A stretch of DNA of 64,000 bases from an uncultured Chromatiales bacterium (GCA_965602395.1 CBFCYW010000006.1:5171-69170); one strand, 5' to 3'; counted from the stretch's first letter, positions 29,147 through 40,425 are shown. The notes: generated by a model from the letters alone, not told the origin. Program-made: numbers and translations.

Positions 29147-30991
29147 CTACAGCGACCGCCACACGCCGCTGAACTCATCCGCCTCTTCGCGGCGCGGCGA
29201 CGGCAGGCTGGCGCCGCCGCTGCTGGCAGCCTTGGCCGCTCCGGTGGCGATGCGGATCTGAAACCGGGTGAAGAAGCTGGTCTGATCCAGCGCCTCGACC
29301 AGCTTCACGCGCACATCCTTGTCGCCGATGTGGATGGTGGTGATGTCCCCCTGGCGAAAGGTGTGCGAGGGTGCCAGCAGGGTGGATGGCTGCTTGATCG
29401 CCTTGATTTCCGGGAGCATCAGGCATTCGTTGCTGCTGATATCCTGGGCACGCACACCGTGGCGGCGCTCGGCGACCACCGGCACAACGCGCGGCGAGAG
29501 CATCTGCACCCCACACAGAAAGCTGCGCGTATCGGTGAACTGCATCCAGCGGATGACGCCGATGCGCCAGCTCAGCGTGCGCCCGTCGCGGGTCTTTTCG
29601 CGCAACGCGACGACTTCACCGACATGCGCCCGCGAGGGACCCTCGCCCTGCCAGCGCAAGCCGAAGCCGGCGGCACTGACGTTGACCACAGTCCAGTTTT
29701 GCTGTCGCGGCGGCGGCCTGGCGTTGCTACGCGCCCCGCTGTGCTGGGCCTTGACCAGCGCGCGCCCCATCGGCTTGCCGCGGGCCACCGATTCCCAGAG
29801 CTGGCCATCGCGAGACGGGCCGCCCAACTGCGGATGGGTGATGAAGCCGGTACCGCTGCCACGGCGCTCGGTCGGTGGCAGCGACATCAGCTGCAGATCG
29901 TTGAGGTTGAGCCCCGAATCGTCCGCTTTCGATGCCGCCGGCTTGCGCTCGTGGCAAAGGCGCGCGTGGATATCCTTCAGGCCGGTCTCGACCAGCGCCT
30001 TGTTGTTGCGCACCGCGCGCCCGGATTTGCGCTGATTACTCAGGCTCAGGCTGGCCTTGATGCACAGCAGGGTACTGCGCTGCAGATGCTCGTCATCGAG
30101 GATTGGCGATTCATGCTGCGGCGCGCGCTTGAGCTCTTCGTCCACCCGCGGCAGCAGCTTACTCAGATCGATCGCACGCAACTCCGCCGGATTCGGCGCG
30201 TTGACGAAGCCAAGCCGCGACGGCGGCGCGTTGGTGCCGAGGCAGACGCCGAACGAGGCGCCCCGGCGGCGGCTCTGCGCATCCGGCGTGCTGTTGCCGA
30301 GCAGCACGTCGTCGCTCCAGTGCTCAAGCTTGTTGAACAGCAGTACCGCCTCGCCACGGCGCAAACGGTTGGGCGAGCACAATGTAAAAACCAGCGCGCG
30401 CTTGTAGGCGGCGCTGACGCTCAATTGGGCATTGCCGCGCGGGCCGGCGTCGCGCAGCTCCTTGGACTGCAGGTCGAGCTTTTCCACGCCGGCGTAGAGC
30501 TGGTGCAGGTCGCTCCAGATCGATTTCGGCAGTGGCTGATAGAGCTGGGCGCAGCGCAGCATGACCTCGCTGAGGTTGCTGATGGCGCGCTCGCTGGCAA
30601 GCATTTGCAGGCGCGCCGGCAACTGCTCGCCGCCCTGTGCCGCATCGACCAGGGCGATTTTGTAGCCAAAGGCCAGCTCCTGGAGGATCGCCAGGTGCAG
30701 ATCATAAATCCGGCGAGATTTCTCCGGTAGCGGCAGGCTCAGGCTGGCGTAGCGGGCCAGCAGATTATCCAGAATCAACCAGCCGGTAGGCCGCATCAAC
30801 TCCATGATTTCCACGCGCACGCGCGGCTCGTTGCGCAGCCTGTTGCTGTGCTTGAGACCGTGGTAGAACTGGCGCGTCAGCTCGCCGATGTCGTTGCCCT
30901 GCAACTCCGCCAGCCACTTTTTCACCCGCCGTGGCGAACGCGGGAAGCTACCCTCGACAGGTTCCATCTGACCGGGAATATTCAATGCCAT
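29147..30991 (-). CDS. FimW-like cyclic-di-GMP receptor (PilZ-type motifs)
   Basis: N-terminus resembles FimW as recalled (KKWLAEL...R..IMELMRP...LAFGYK); RKSGR (RxxxR) and NVSAAG (NxSxxG); start could be 31087. Confidence 0.7.
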   Translation of the reverse strand: MALNIPGQMEPVEGSFPRSPRRVKKWLAELQGNDIGELTRQFYHGLKHSNRLRNEPRVRVEIMELMRPTGWLILDNLLARYASLSLPLPEKSRRIYDLHLAILQELAFGYKIALVDAAQGGEQLPARLQMLASERAISNLSEVMLRCAQLYQPLPKSIWSDLHQLYAGVEKLDLQSKELRDAGPRGNAQLSVSAAYKRALVFTLCSPNRLRRGEAVLLFNKLEHWSDDVLLGNSTPDAQSRRRGASFGVCLGTNAPPSRLGFVNAPNPAELRAIDLSKLLPRVDEELKRAPQHESPILDDEHLQRSTLLCIKASLSLSNQRKSGRAVRNNKALVETGLKDIHARLCHERKPAASKADDSGLNLNDLQLMSLPPTERRGSGTGFITHPQLGGPSRDGQLWESVARGKPMGRALVKAQHSGARSNARPPPRQQNWTVVNVSAAGFGLRWQGEGPSRAHVGEVVALREKTRDGRTLSWRIGVIRWMQFTDTRSFLCGVQMLSPRVVPVVAERRHGVRAQDISSNECLMLPEIKAIKQPSTLLAPSHTFRQGDITTIHIGDKDVRVKLVEALDQTSFFTRFQIRIATGAAKAASSGGASLPSPRREEADEFSGVWRSL

Positions 30992-31343
30992 AAGCGTAGT
31001 TACCGAACTTTTCCACCGCTCCAGGCGACTGCTGCCACGGGGCGTGGCGGTCGTTGTGGGATCTGCTTGCAAAACGCTGCTCTCCATGCTCAATGACCGA
31101 AGGACGCACCTTTCCGGCGGGACAGGTTGAGCATCGCATCGCCAGCTCGCAGGCCACCACAAACCGCATCACACATCGACGCAATTTCGCCGCTCCCACG
31201 TCGGCGCAATGGCCTTGACGCCCAAATGCCGACACACTGCACACATGCAGTTGTCGTGCCACCCCAGGCACCACTGTACACCCCGCTGCACCACAGTGCG
31301 CTTGGTGTAAACTGCCGCGTTTTGCATCCTGGGAACGAGCGGC

Positions 31344-31883
31344 ATGCAACAGTTTCACGGAACCACCATCGTCAGCGTACGCCGAGGCGGGCAGGTCGTC
31401 ATCGGCGGCGATGGCCAGGTCACGCTGGGCAACACGGTAATGAAGGGCAATGCGCGCAAGGTGCGGCGCCTGTACAAGGATCGCGTGCTGGCCGGCTTCG
31501 CCGGCGGCACCGCCGACGCCTTCACCCTGTTCGAGCGCTTCGAGGGCAAGCTGGAAGAACACGGCGGCAACCTCACTCGCGCCGCCGTCGAGCTGGCCAA
31601 GGACTGGCGCACCGATCGCATGCTGCGCCGCCTCGAAGCGCTGCTGGCGGTGGCCGATACCAGCGCCTCGCTGGTGATCTCCGGCAACGGCGACGTCATC
31701 GAGCCGGAGGGCGGGCTGATCGCCATCGGCTCCGGTGGTCCCTTCGCCCAGGCGGCCGGGCGCGCGCTGCTCGAACACAGCCAGCTGGATGCGCGCGAGA
31801 TCGCCGAGCAGGCCTTGAAGATCGCCGCCGACATCTGCATCTACACCAACCACAACCGCACCATCGAAACCCTGGAGTGCTGA
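31344..31883 (+). CDS. hslV: ATP-dependent protease subunit HslV
   Basis: [20 protein letters not shown]. Confidence 0.97.
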   Translation: MQQFHGTTIVSVRRGGQVVIGGDGQVTLGNTVMKGNARKVRRLYKDRVLAGFAGGTADAFTLFERFEGKLEEHGGNLTRAAVELAKDWRTDRMLRRLEALLAVADTSASLVISGNGDVIEPEGGLIAIGSGGPFAQAAGRALLEHSQLDAREIAEQALKIAADICIYTNHNRTIETLEC

Positions 31884-31889
31884 CGGCCC

Positions 31890-33224
31890 ATGTCGCAGAT
31901 GACCCCGCGCGAAATCGTCCAGGAGCTGGACAAGCACATCATCGGCCAGCAGGACGCCAAGCGCGCCGTGGCCGTGGCCCTGCGCAATCGCTGGCGGCGC
32001 CAGCAGGTGGATGAACCGCTGCGCGGCGAGATCACCCCCAAGAACATTCTGATGATCGGCCCCACCGGGGTCGGCAAAACCGAGATCGCGCGCCGCCTGG
32101 CGCGGCTGGCCAACGCGCCGTTCATCAAAATCGAGGCGACCAAGTTCACCGAGGTCGGCTACGTCGGCCGCGACGTGGAATCGATCATCCGCGATCTGGT
32201 CGATGCGGCGATCAAGCAGACCCGCGAGCGGGAAAAGGAAAAGGTTCGCTTCCGCGCCGAGGACGCCGCCGAAGAGCGCATCCTCGACGCCCTGCTGCCG
32301 CCGCCGCGCAACAGCTACGCCACGGATACGCCGCGCGAGGAGTCCTCCACCCGACAGAAATTCCGCAAGAAGCTGCGCGAGGGCGAGCTGGACGACAAGG
32401 ACATCGAGCTGGAATTCAGCGCGCCGCAGGTCGGTGTCGAAATCATGGCGCCACCGGGCATGGAGGAGATGACCCAGCAATTGCAGGGGCTGTTCCAGAA
32501 CCTCGGCGGCGGGCAGCACAAAAAGAAAAAGCTCAAGGTGCGCGACGCGCTGCGCCTGCTGATCGACGAAGAGGCCGCCAAACTGGTCAACGAGGACGAG
32601 CTCAAGCAGAAGGCGGTGGACAACGTCGAGCAGAACGGCATCGTCTTTCTCGATGAAATCGACAAGGTCACCCGCCGCAGCGACGCCAACAGCAGCGGCG
32701 GCGACGTCTCCCGCGAGGGCGTGCAACGCGATCTGCTGCCACTGGTCGAGGGCTGCACGGTGAGCACCAAATACGGCTCGGTGCGCACCGATCACATCCT
32801 GTTCATCGCCTCCGGCGCCTTCCATCTGGCCAAGCCGTCGGATCTGATCCCCGAACTGCAGGGGCGGCTGCCGATCCGCGTCGAGCTGGCGGCGCTGAGC
32901 GCGGATGACTTCGTGCGCATCCTCGCCGAGCCGGATGCCTCGCTCACCGAGCAGTACGCCGCGCTGCTGGCCACCGAGGAGGTCGCGCTGGAGTTTCCCG
33001 CCGACGGCCTGCGACGCATCGCCGAGATCGCCTTTCAGGTCAACGAGCGCACCGAGAACATCGGCGCACGGCGCCTGCACACGGTGATGGAGCGGCTGCT
33101 GGAGGAGGCATCCTTCAAGGCCGCCGACCTCTCCGGGCAGACCATCACCGTCGATGCCGGCTACGTCGAGCAGCGCCTCGGCGAGCTGGTAGTCGACGAA
33201 GATCTGTCCCGCTACATCCTCTGA
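31890..33224 (+). CDS. hslU: ATP-dependent protease ATPase subunit HslU
   Basis: [28 protein letters not shown]. Confidence 0.97.
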   Translation: MSQMTPREIVQELDKHIIGQQDAKRAVAVALRNRWRRQQVDEPLRGEITPKNILMIGPTGVGKTEIARRLARLANAPFIKIEATKFTEVGYVGRDVESIIRDLVDAAIKQTREREKEKVRFRAEDAAEERILDALLPPPRNSYATDTPREESSTRQKFRKKLREGELDDKDIELEFSAPQVGVEIMAPPGMEEMTQQLQGLFQNLGGGQHKKKKLKVRDALRLLIDEEAAKLVNEDELKQKAVDNVEQNGIVFLDEIDKVTRRSDANSSGGDVSREGVQRDLLPLVEGCTVSTKYGSVRTDHILFIASGAFHLAKPSDLIPELQGRLPIRVELAALSADDFVRILAEPDASLTEQYAALLATEEVALEFPADGLRRIAEIAFQVNERTENIGARRLHTVMERLLEEASFKAADLSGQTITVDAGYVEQRLGELVVDEDLSRYIL

Positions 33225-33232
33225 GATCGCCC

Positions 33233-33589
33233 ATGCCCACCCCCACCGAAATCAAGCTGCACGGCGCCAGCCGCGTGCTGGAAGTCCATTTCGACGACGG
33301 CAGCACCTTTGAGCTGAGCTGCGAGTACCTGCGCACCCACAGCCCCTCCGCCGAGGTGCGCGGCCACGGTCCCGGGCAGGAAGTGCTGCAGGTCGGCAAG
33401 CGCGACGTGGCGATCAGCGACGTCCAGCCGGTCGGCCAGTACGCCGTCAAACTGGTGTTCGACGACGGCCACGACTCCGGCCTGTACACCTGGAACTACC
33501 TCTACGAGCTGGGCAGCCGCCAGAATGAATACTGGCAGCGCTACCTCGATCAGCTCGCCGCCGCCGGCGCCAGCCGCGACCCGGCCTGA
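33233..33589 (+). CDS. DUF971 / GBBH-like N-terminal domain protein
   Basis: [31 protein letters not shown]. Confidence 0.9.
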   Translation: MPTPTEIKLHGASRVLEVHFDDGSTFELSCEYLRTHSPSAEVRGHGPGQEVLQVGKRDVAISDVQPVGQYAVKLVFDDGHDSGLYTWNYLYELGSRQNEYWQRYLDQLAAAGASRDPA

Positions 33590-33623
33590 CGCCGGCCTGA
33601 AACCAGCACCTGGGGGACCAACC

Positions 33624-34373
33624 GTGGACGAGAACGAACAGACGCATTTCGGCTATCGCAGCGTCGAAGCCGGCGAAAAGGCCGGTATGGTCGCCGAGGT
33701 CTTTCACTCGGTGGCCGGCAAGTACGACCTGATGAACGACCTGATGTCCTTCGGCGTGCATCGCCTGTGGAAGCGCTTCACCATCGAGCGCTCCGGCGTG
33801 CGCGCCGGCCAGCGGGTGCTCGATCTGGCCGGTGGCACCGGCGATCTGGCGCGCGCCTTCGCGCGCCGCGTCGGCGCGCGCGGCGAAGTGGTGCTGGCGG
33901 ACATCAACCAGTCGATGCTGGAAGTCGGTCGCGGCAAGCTCGACGACCTCGGCGTGGTCGGCAACATCCGCTACGTGCAGGCCAACGCCGAATGCCTGCC
34001 GTTTCCCGACGACCACTTCGACGCCATCAGCATCGCCTTCGGCCTGCGCAACGTCACCGACAAGGACGCCGCGCTGGCCAGCATGTACCGCGTGCTGCGC
34101 CCCGGCGGGCGGCTGCTGGTGCTGGAATTCTCCAAGCCGGTCGCCCCCGGCCTCGGCAGGCTCTACGACGCCTACTCCTTCAGCGCACTGCCGGCGATGG
34201 GCAAGCTGGTCGCCGGCGACGCCGACAGCTACCGCTACCTCGCCGAGTCGATCCGCATGCACCCGGATCAGCAAACCCTTCTGGGGATGCTGGAAACGGC
34301 CGGCTTCGAGCGCTGCGAATACTTCAACCTCAGCGGCGGCGTGGTCGCCCTGCATCGCGGCTACAAGCTGTGA
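33624..34373 (+). CDS. ubiE: ubiquinone/menaquinone C-methyltransferase
   Basis: [31 protein letters not shown]. Confidence 0.96.
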   Translation: MDENEQTHFGYRSVEAGEKAGMVAEVFHSVAGKYDLMNDLMSFGVHRLWKRFTIERSGVRAGQRVLDLAGGTGDLARAFARRVGARGEVVLADINQSMLEVGRGKLDDLGVVGNIRYVQANAECLPFPDDHFDAISIAFGLRNVTDKDAALASMYRVLRPGGRLLVLEFSKPVAPGLGRLYDAYSFSALPAMGKLVAGDADSYRYLAESIRMHPDQQTLLGMLETAGFERCEYFNLSGGVVALHRGYKL

Positions 34374-35062
34374 GCGAAACCCTGCCACAGACACAGACAC
34401 AGCCGCAGCCGCCCGGCGATCAAGCCCGCGCCTTCCCCCTGCCGCTGGCGCTGGCGGTAGAAAAAGCCCTCAATGCGCTGATCGCGCGCGATCCCGAATC
34501 GCGCCGCCGCCTCGCCGCACTGGACGGCAAGCTGATCGCGCTGCGCTTTCGCGGGCTGGGCGCGGCCGCCTACTTCTTCTGCCACGCCGACGGCGTCGAG
34601 GTCGCCGGCCGCCACGACGGCGACGTCGACGCCAGCATCGAAGGCGCGCCCTTCTCGCTGGCCTCGATGCCCTTCAGCCGCCGCGCACTGTTCACCGGCC
34701 GCGTGCGCCTGGGCGGCGACGTGGCGCTGGCCAAGCGCTTCCACCGCCTGCTCGACCAGATAGACGTCGACTGGGAGGAGCAGCTGGCGCAGCTGCTCGG
34801 CGACATCGCCGCGCACCAGCTCGGCAACCTGGCGCGCGGCGCCGGGCGCTGGCTGGCGCGCGCCGCCGAAGACCGCCGCCGGGATCTCGCCGACTACCTG
34901 CAGGAAGAGGCCGCGCAGCTGCCGCCGCGCGCCGAGATCGAAACCTTTCACGACGCCATCGACAACCTGCGCGAGGACTGCGACCGCCTCGCCGCGCGCC
35001 TCGCCGCGCTGCAAAGCGATGCCGGCAACCGAGGCGGCGACGACCCGCAGGACGCGCGCTGA
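34370..35062 (+). CDS. ubiJ: ubiquinone biosynthesis accessory factor (SCP2 domain)
   Basis: Between ubiE and ubiB; DWEEQLA..GD, DYLQEE, C-terminal coiled coil. Confidence 0.88.
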   Translation: MSETLPQTQTQPQPPGDQARAFPLPLALAVEKALNALIARDPESRRRLAALDGKLIALRFRGLGAAAYFFCHADGVEVAGRHDGDVDASIEGAPFSLASMPFSRRALFTGRVRLGGDVALAKRFHRLLDQIDVDWEEQLAQLLGDIAAHQLGNLARGAGRWLARAAEDRRRDLADYLQEEAAQLPPRAEIETFHDAIDNLREDCDRLAARLAALQSDAGNRGGDDPQDAR

Positions 35063-36759
35063 TGCCACTGCGCGGCGCGCGGCGCGGCCTGCGCCTGCTG
35101 CACATCCAGCGCGTGCTGCGCCGCTACGGCCTCGACGAACTGCTCGCCGCAGTGCCCGGTGCGGGGCTGGCGCGCGTCGCCTTCCGCCTCACTCCCGAAG
35201 CGCTGCGCAGTCGCCGCAGCCGCGCCCTGCCGCGCGGTGAGCGCATCCGCCGCGCGCTGGAAGAACTCGGCCCGATCTTCGTCAAGTTCGGCCAGATCCT
35301 CTCCACCCGCCGCGACCTGCTGCCCGACGACATCGCCGTCGAGCTGGCCCGCCTGCAGGACCGCGTGCCGCCCTTCGACCCGGCGCTGGCGCGCAGCCAG
35401 ATCGAAACCGCGCTGGGCGCGCCGGTGGGCGAGCTGTTCGCCACCTTCGACGCCCAGCCGCTGGCCTCGGCCTCGGTGGCACAGGTGCACGCGGCGACGC
35501 TGCACAGCGGCCAGCGGGTGGTGCTCAAGGTGCTGCGCCCGGGCATCGAAGCGACCATTCGCGGCGATGTCGAGCTGCTCAAGCTGATCGCCCGGCTGGC
35601 GCTGCGCTACGTCGGCGAAGCCCGTCGCCTGCGCCCGGTGGAGGTGGTGGCGGAGTTCGAAAAGACCATCTTCGACGAGTTGGATCTGGTTCGCGAGGCG
35701 GCCAACGCCGCCCAGCTGCGGCGCAATTTCGACGGCTCAAAGGCGCTCTACGTGCCCGAGGTGCACTGGGACTACTGCCGCGAAAAGGTGCTCTGCCTGG
35801 AGCGCATCGACGGCATTCCGGTGGCCGATGTGGCGGCGTTGAACGGCATCGGCGTGGATTTCAAAAAGCTCGCCGAGCGCGGTGTCGAAGTGTTCTTCAC
35901 CCAGGTGTTCCGCGACAACTTCTTCCACGCCGACATGCACCCTGGCAACATCTTCGTCAGCCGCCGCGAGCCGCAAGACCCGCAGTACATCGCGGTCGAT
36001 TTTGGCATCGTCGGCAGTCTGACCGACGCCGACCGCCACTATCTGGCGGGCAATTTCCTGGCCTTTTTCGAGCGCGATTACCGTCGCGTGGCGCAGCTGC
36101 ACGTGGATTCCGGCTGGGTGCCGGCAGACACCCGGGTGGAGGATTTCGAAGCGTCGATCCGCACCGTCTGTGAGCCGATCTTCGAAAAGCCGCTGGCGGA
36201 GATTTCATTCGGCCATCTGCTGCTGCGCCTGTTTCAGGTGGCGCGGCGCTTCGACATGCAGGTGCAGCCGCAGCTGGTGCTGCTGCAAAAAACCCTGCTC
36301 AATATCGAGGGCCTCGGCCGCCAGCTGTACCCGCAGCTGGATCTGTGGCAGACCGCCAAGCCCTATCTGGAGCGCTGGATGCGCGAGCAGATCGGCCCGC
36401 GCGCGGTGTTCGGCAAGCTGCGCGAGCAACTGCCCGACTACGGCGCAGCACTGCCCGAGTTACCGCTGCTGGCCCACCAGTTGCTGCGCCAGGCGCGCGA
36501 CGGCGAGCTGCGCGTCGAGTGGCACGGCGCCGAGCTGACGCGCATCCGCGACGAGCTGCGCGACGCCAACCGCCGCGTCGTGCTGGCGATCATCGGCGCC
36601 GCGCTGGTTATCTCCGCGGCGCTGATCTACGGCCTCGACGGCCTGCGTCCGGCGCAGATTCTCGGCGCGCCGCTGGCCAGCTGGCTGCTCGGCGGTGCCG
36701 GCGCCGCGCTGCTGTGGCGCGCGCTGCCGGCGCAGCGTGAGCCACCACACAGCGAATAG
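35062..36759 (+). CDS. ubiB: ubiquinone biosynthesis kinase-like protein
   Basis: [35 protein letters not shown]. Confidence 0.96.
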   Translation: MPLRGARRGLRLLHIQRVLRRYGLDELLAAVPGAGLARVAFRLTPEALRSRRSRALPRGERIRRALEELGPIFVKFGQILSTRRDLLPDDIAVELARLQDRVPPFDPALARSQIETALGAPVGELFATFDAQPLASASVAQVHAATLHSGQRVVLKVLRPGIEATIRGDVELLKLIARLALRYVGEARRLRPVEVVAEFEKTIFDELDLVREAANAAQLRRNFDGSKALYVPEVHWDYCREKVLCLERIDGIPVADVAALNGIGVDFKKLAERGVEVFFTQVFRDNFFHADMHPGNIFVSRREPQDPQYIAVDFGIVGSLTDADRHYLAGNFLAFFERDYRRVAQLHVDSGWVPADTRVEDFEASIRTVCEPIFEKPLAEISFGHLLLRLFQVARRFDMQVQPQLVLLQKTLLNIEGLGRQLYPQLDLWQTAKPYLERWMREQIGPRAVFGKLREQLPDYGAALPELPLLAHQLLRQARDGELRVEWHGAELTRIRDELRDANRRVVLAIIGAALVISAALIYGLDGLRPAQILGAPLASWLLGGAGAALLWRALPAQREPPHSE

Positions 36760-36775
36760 GCGCCGCCAACAGGGA

Positions 36776-36806
36776 TTGAATCGCGAGCGCGACAAAGCTA
36801 TATACT
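36776..36806 (+). promoter_or_regulatory. putative sigma70 promoter for ORF 36886-37248
   Basis: TTGAAT-17 nt-TATATA (overlapping TATACT). Confidence 0.45.
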
Positions 36807-36843
36807 CTGCGCGTCGCTCAACCCAAAACCAGCGCAGCTGCCC

Positions 36844-36879
36844 GCCAGAGCAACTGCCAAAGCAGCTGCCAGAGCAACC
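36844..36879 (+). repeat. three 12-bp imperfect tandem repeats, intergenic
   Basis: GCCAGAGCAACT GCCAAAGCAGCT GCCAGAGCAACC. Confidence 0.75.
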
Positions 36880-36885
36880 GCATCG

Positions 36886-37248
36886 GTGATCAGCCCCAGC
36901 CACAATCTGCCCGTCACGCCGCCGCCGGCGCCGCCCGGCGACAGCCAGCGCGCGGCGCGCATCGACGCGCCATCGCCGGCCGGCGAGCGGCGCAGCGCCC
37001 CGCGCGAGCAGATCACCCGCCAGGTGGCCGGCGAGCGGCTGCCCAGCGAACGCAGCCTCGACGGCGAACTGCAGGATGAGCTGTTGCGCTCGCAGGCCAA
37101 CTGGCGCGCCGCCGAGGGCGGCTTCCGCGCCTCGCTCGAAGGCTTGAGCCTGCGCGCGGTGGACGCCATCCACAGCTACGAATCCGTGCGCAGCGCCAGC
37201 CCGGCACACCCCGGCAGCAGCGGCGTGCTGCTGGATACCTACGCCTGA
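36886..37248 (+). CDS. small hypothetical protein ending in GVLLDTYA
   Basis: Fills the ubiB-TAXI gap, GC3-rich, upstream promoter-like motif. Confidence 0.6.
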   Translation: MISPSHNLPVTPPPAPPGDSQRAARIDAPSPAGERRSAPREQITRQVAGERLPSERSLDGELQDELLRSQANWRAAEGGFRASLEGLSLRAVDAIHSYESVRSASPAHPGSSGVLLDTYA

Positions 37249-38621
37249 GTCGGCGCACTGCCGGCTTCGCCGTTGGCGTCATCGTCGGCGCCGTCGCCCG
37301 GCACCTCCCCCAAGCGGCGCCGCAGCTGCGAGCGCAGCAGTTCGAGGTGCTGGCGCAGCATGTACAGCTCCTGCCCGTAGGACAGCGGCACATCGATGCC
37401 GCGCACTTCGCGCTCGATCTCGTCGAGGCGCCGCAGGCCGGATTCCAGATCGGCCGCCTGAGGCTCGCGCTCGGCGTGCAGATCCATCTCCTGCAGCTCG
37501 TCGTACCAGCGATAGATGCGCTTGCGCATGCGCCAGCGGTAAACCGGCGGCAGAATCCGCGACAGCGGCAGCATTAATCCGAGCAGCGGCACCAGCATCA
37601 CCCACAGACGATCCACCAGTACCGCGGCCCAAAACGGCAGATAGCGCTGCAGCAGCGGCGGACCGCGCCGGTAGAAGCGCTCGGCCTCTTCAGTGAGCGG
37701 GAAATCGACCAGGGCCGGCGAGGGGAATTGCGCCTCGGCCTCGAGCAAGCCGGGGCTGGCGTGGATATCGCGCGCGGCGAGCAGCAGCAGACCGGCCAGC
37801 GCCGGGTGCAGATCATCGCGCGTGGCCAGCGCCGCGGCCGGCGCCAGCAGCAGCAGATCTTCGCTGGGGCTGTTCTGACTGGGTGACAGCGCACCACTGG
37901 GCAGGCTGACGCGCGACAAAAAGCGGTGCCGGCGAGTGAAGGCCGCGGCGCGCTGCAACGACATCGGACGCACGCCCTCCAGCGCCAGCAGGCGCTGCAC
38001 GCTGGGCGAATTGAGCCCGGCGACCAGCGACACCGCATCCGCCTCGCCACGCTGCAACGCATCGATCGCCTCGCCGCCGGACAGCGGCAGGCTGTCGACC
38101 TCGACGCCGGCGTCCGCGAACAGCAGTTCGGCAACCGCACGGCTGCCACTGCCGGCGGCGCCCAGCGCGACGCGACGCCCGGCCAGCGCATCCAGCCGCG
38201 CACCGCGGATATCCTCGCGCACGAAGATCCACAGCGGTTCGAGATAGAGGCTGCCGAGCGAGCGGATCGCGGCATTTTCCGGCTCGCTGCTCAGCGCCGT
38301 GCCACCCTGGGCGAAGGCCACGTCGACCTCGCCATTGCGCAAGCGCTGCAGGTTATCCAGTGCGCCGGCGCTCTCGCGCAGCTCCAGCTGGATGCCGTCC
38401 TCGGCGAGCCGCTCGCGATAGCGCAGGCCGAAGGCGTGGTAGGCGCCATCCGCTCGCCCGGTGGCCATCACCAGCCGCTGCGCCGGCGCCGGCTCGACGA
38501 ATTGATAGGCCAGCGCGAAGGCGCACAGCGCCAGCAATCCCACCAGACCCCAGATTTGCATGACGCCCGGGCCTGCCGCCGGGCCTGTGCCACGGCGTTC
38601 GCGCCGATCGTTCACCGCCAT
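37239..38621 (-). CDS. TAXI-family solute-binding protein with N- and C-terminal TM segments
   Basis: MATGRADGAY, SAGALDN, YLEPLWIF, GAAGSGS, then LQRYLPFW + TM helix + coiled tail. Confidence 0.82.
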   Translation of the reverse strand: MAVNDRRERRGTGPAAGPGVMQIWGLVGLLALCAFALAYQFVEPAPAQRLVMATGRADGAYHAFGLRYRERLAEDGIQLELRESAGALDNLQRLRNGEVDVAFAQGGTALSSEPENAAIRSLGSLYLEPLWIFVREDIRGARLDALAGRRVALGAAGSGSRAVAELLFADAGVEVDSLPLSGGEAIDALQRGEADAVSLVAGLNSPSVQRLLALEGVRPMSLQRAAAFTRRHRFLSRVSLPSGALSPSQNSPSEDLLLLAPAAALATRDDLHPALAGLLLLAARDIHASPGLLEAEAQFPSPALVDFPLTEEAERFYRRGPPLLQRYLPFWAAVLVDRLWVMLVPLLGLMLPLSRILPPVYRWRMRKRIYRWYDELQEMDLHAEREPQAADLESGLRRLDEIEREVRGIDVPLSYGQELYMLRQHLELLRSQLRRRLGEVPGDGADDDANGEAGSAPTQA

Positions 38622-38652
38622 CCTCCCGCGCCGGCCGCTGCCGCCGCACCGC

Positions 38653-39561
38653 TCATGATTTGTCCCGCTTGTGCGCCCGCGGATGGGCGCGTTCGTAGAC
38701 GCTGGCCAGATGCTGAAAGTCGAGGTGGGTGTAGATCTGCGTGCTGCTGATGTCGGCGTGGCCGAGCAGCTCCTGCACTGCGCGCAGATCGCCCGAGGAC
38801 TCCAGCAGATGGCTGGCGAAGGCGTGGCGCAGCATGTGCGGATGGACGTGGCGATCCAGCCCGCGGCGCTTGACCAGCCGCAGCAGTCGCGCGCGCACGC
38901 CGCCGCGCTGCAGGCGAGCGCCGCGTGCAGCGATGAACAGCGCCGGCTCGGCGGCTTCGCGCAGCAGCTCGCCGCGCACCGCCAGCCAGCGCTCCAGCGC
39001 GGCGCGCGCCTTGCCGCCGATCGGCAGCACGCGGGTCTTGCCGCCCTTGCCGCAGACCTCCAGCAGACCCGCGCGCAGATCCAGCCGCTGCAGATCCAGC
39101 GCGACCAGCTCTGCCAGCCGCAGGCCGCAGGAGTAGCACAGCTCAAACATCGCCAGATCGCGCAGCTCCAGCGGGCCTTCGCCGGGGCTGTCGAGCAGCC
39201 GGCCGAGCTGCTCGGCATCCAGCGTCGCCGGCAGCTTGCGCGGCCGCTTCGGCGCGCTGACACCGTGCGCCGGGTTGTGCGTCAGCTCGCCGCGGCGCAG
39301 CAGAAAATCGCAAAAGGAGCGCAGCGCCGACAGCCGTCGCGCAACGCTGGCCGCAGATAAACCGCTGCGATGGCTGGCGGCGGCCATCGCCCGCACCGCC
39401 TGGGCATCCAGCGCGCGCCAGTCGCCGATGCCGGCGCCATCGCGCAGCTGGCGCAGGGCGCGCAGCTCGCGGCGGTAGCCATCCAGGGTGTGCGGTGAGT
39501 AGCGCCGCTCGCGTTCGAGCTTGGCGAGGAACTCGTCGACCAAAGAGTCCGCTTTACTCAT
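38653..39561 (-). CDS. xerC: tyrosine recombinase XerC
   Basis: YSPHT, GLRLAEL, GKGGKTR, HPHMLRH, LGHADISSTQIY; position after dapF-yigA. Confidence 0.93.
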   Translation of the reverse strand: MSKADSLVDEFLAKLERERRYSPHTLDGYRRELRALRQLRDGAGIGDWRALDAQAVRAMAAASHRSGLSAASVARRLSALRSFCDFLLRRGELTHNPAHGVSAPKRPRKLPATLDAEQLGRLLDSPGEGPLELRDLAMFELCYSCGLRLAELVALDLQRLDLRAGLLEVCGKGGKTRVLPIGGKARAALERWLAVRGELLREAAEPALFIAARGARLQRGGVRARLLRLVKRRGLDRHVHPHMLRHAFASHLLESSGDLRAVQELLGHADISSTQIYTHLDFQHLASVYERAHPRAHKRDKS

Positions 39562-39570
39562 CGCCTGTAC

Positions 39571-40425
39571 TCACGGCCGGCCATCGCCATCGCCATCGCC
39601 ATCTGCGTGCTGGTCATCTGCGCGTTGGTCTGCGACGGCCTCCGGCTGCGCGGGCTCGGCGGCACCGCTTGCGGTCTCGTCCGCGGCCCGCTGCGCGGCC
39701 AGCACCGCGGCCAGACGCTGCGACAGCAGCTCGCCGAGCTGGGTCAGAAACAACAGGCCCTTGGCCGGGTGAAAGCGCCGCTCGTCCGCGTGGCCGAGGG
39801 CCAGCAGGCCGATGTTCTGCGTCGCCTTCAGCGGCAGCAGCGCCACCGAGCCGACCTCGCTGGCGCGCTCGTCGAACAGCGCCTGCAGTTGCGCCGCGTC
39901 GAGCTGGCCGCTGTGCACGCGGCGCTCGCGGAAGAATTCGACGAAGTGCTCGATGGCAGCGTCGCTGCGCTGCCAGACGCCGGCGCGGTCGCGGGCGCGC
40001 AGGTGGCCGTCGCCCTGATCGATCAGCTTGAGCACCACCAGCTCGGTGTCGAACTGGTCGCGCATCGCCGCCAGCGTGGCACAGATCACGTCATCCACGG
40101 TGCCGGCGGCCATCAGCTCCAGCGCCAGCGCGTGCAGGCGGCGATTGACGCGCTCGTTGTCGCGCGCCACCTGCACCAGTTCGGCGATGTTCGCTTCCAG
40201 CTGGATGTGCCGCTGGCGCAGCGCCTGCAGCTGGCGCTGCACCAGCGAGACCACGCCGTCGCCATCCGGATGGGGGATCTCCAGTCGCGCCAGCAGCTCC
40301 GGCTCGCGGGCGAAAAACTCCGGGTGCGCCTCCAGCCAGGCAACCACCGATTCGCCATCCAGCGGGTTGCCGTCGGCGGGCGACTCGCGCAGCGGCCCGT
40401 CCACTGACTCGATGCCATCGCTCAT
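39571..40425 (-). CDS. yigA: DUF484 (YigA) family protein
   Basis: [32 protein letters not shown]; acidic tail. Confidence 0.88.
   Translation of the reverse strand: MSDGIESVDGPLRESPADGNPLDGESVVAWLEAHPEFFAREPELLARLEIPHPDGDGVVSLVQRQLQALRQRHIQLEANIAELVQVARDNERVNRRLHALALELMAAGTVDDVICATLAAMRDQFDTELVVLKLIDQGDGHLRARDRAGVWQRSDAAIEHFVEFFRERRVHSGQLDAAQLQALFDERASEVGSVALLPLKATQNIGLLALGHADERRFHPAKGLLFLTQLGELLSQRLAAVLAAQRAADETASGAAEPAQPEAVADQRADDQHADGDGDGDGRP

Noticed and set aside
31352-31363. parS-like GTTTCACGGAAC at the hslV start
   Set aside because: Half-site only, not palindromic
33832-36759. Apparent 975-aa UbiB with a long N-terminal extension
   Set aside because: The extension is an off-frame read through ubiE/ubiJ; the real start is the ATG at 35062 overlapping the ubiJ stop
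37239-39263. Apparent 674-aa TAXI fusion
   Set aside because: The N-terminal third is an alternative frame of xerC
38653-39561. Tyrosine recombinase as a sign of a mobile element
   Set aside because: Sequence and dapF-yigA context identify housekeeping XerC; no att sites or cargo
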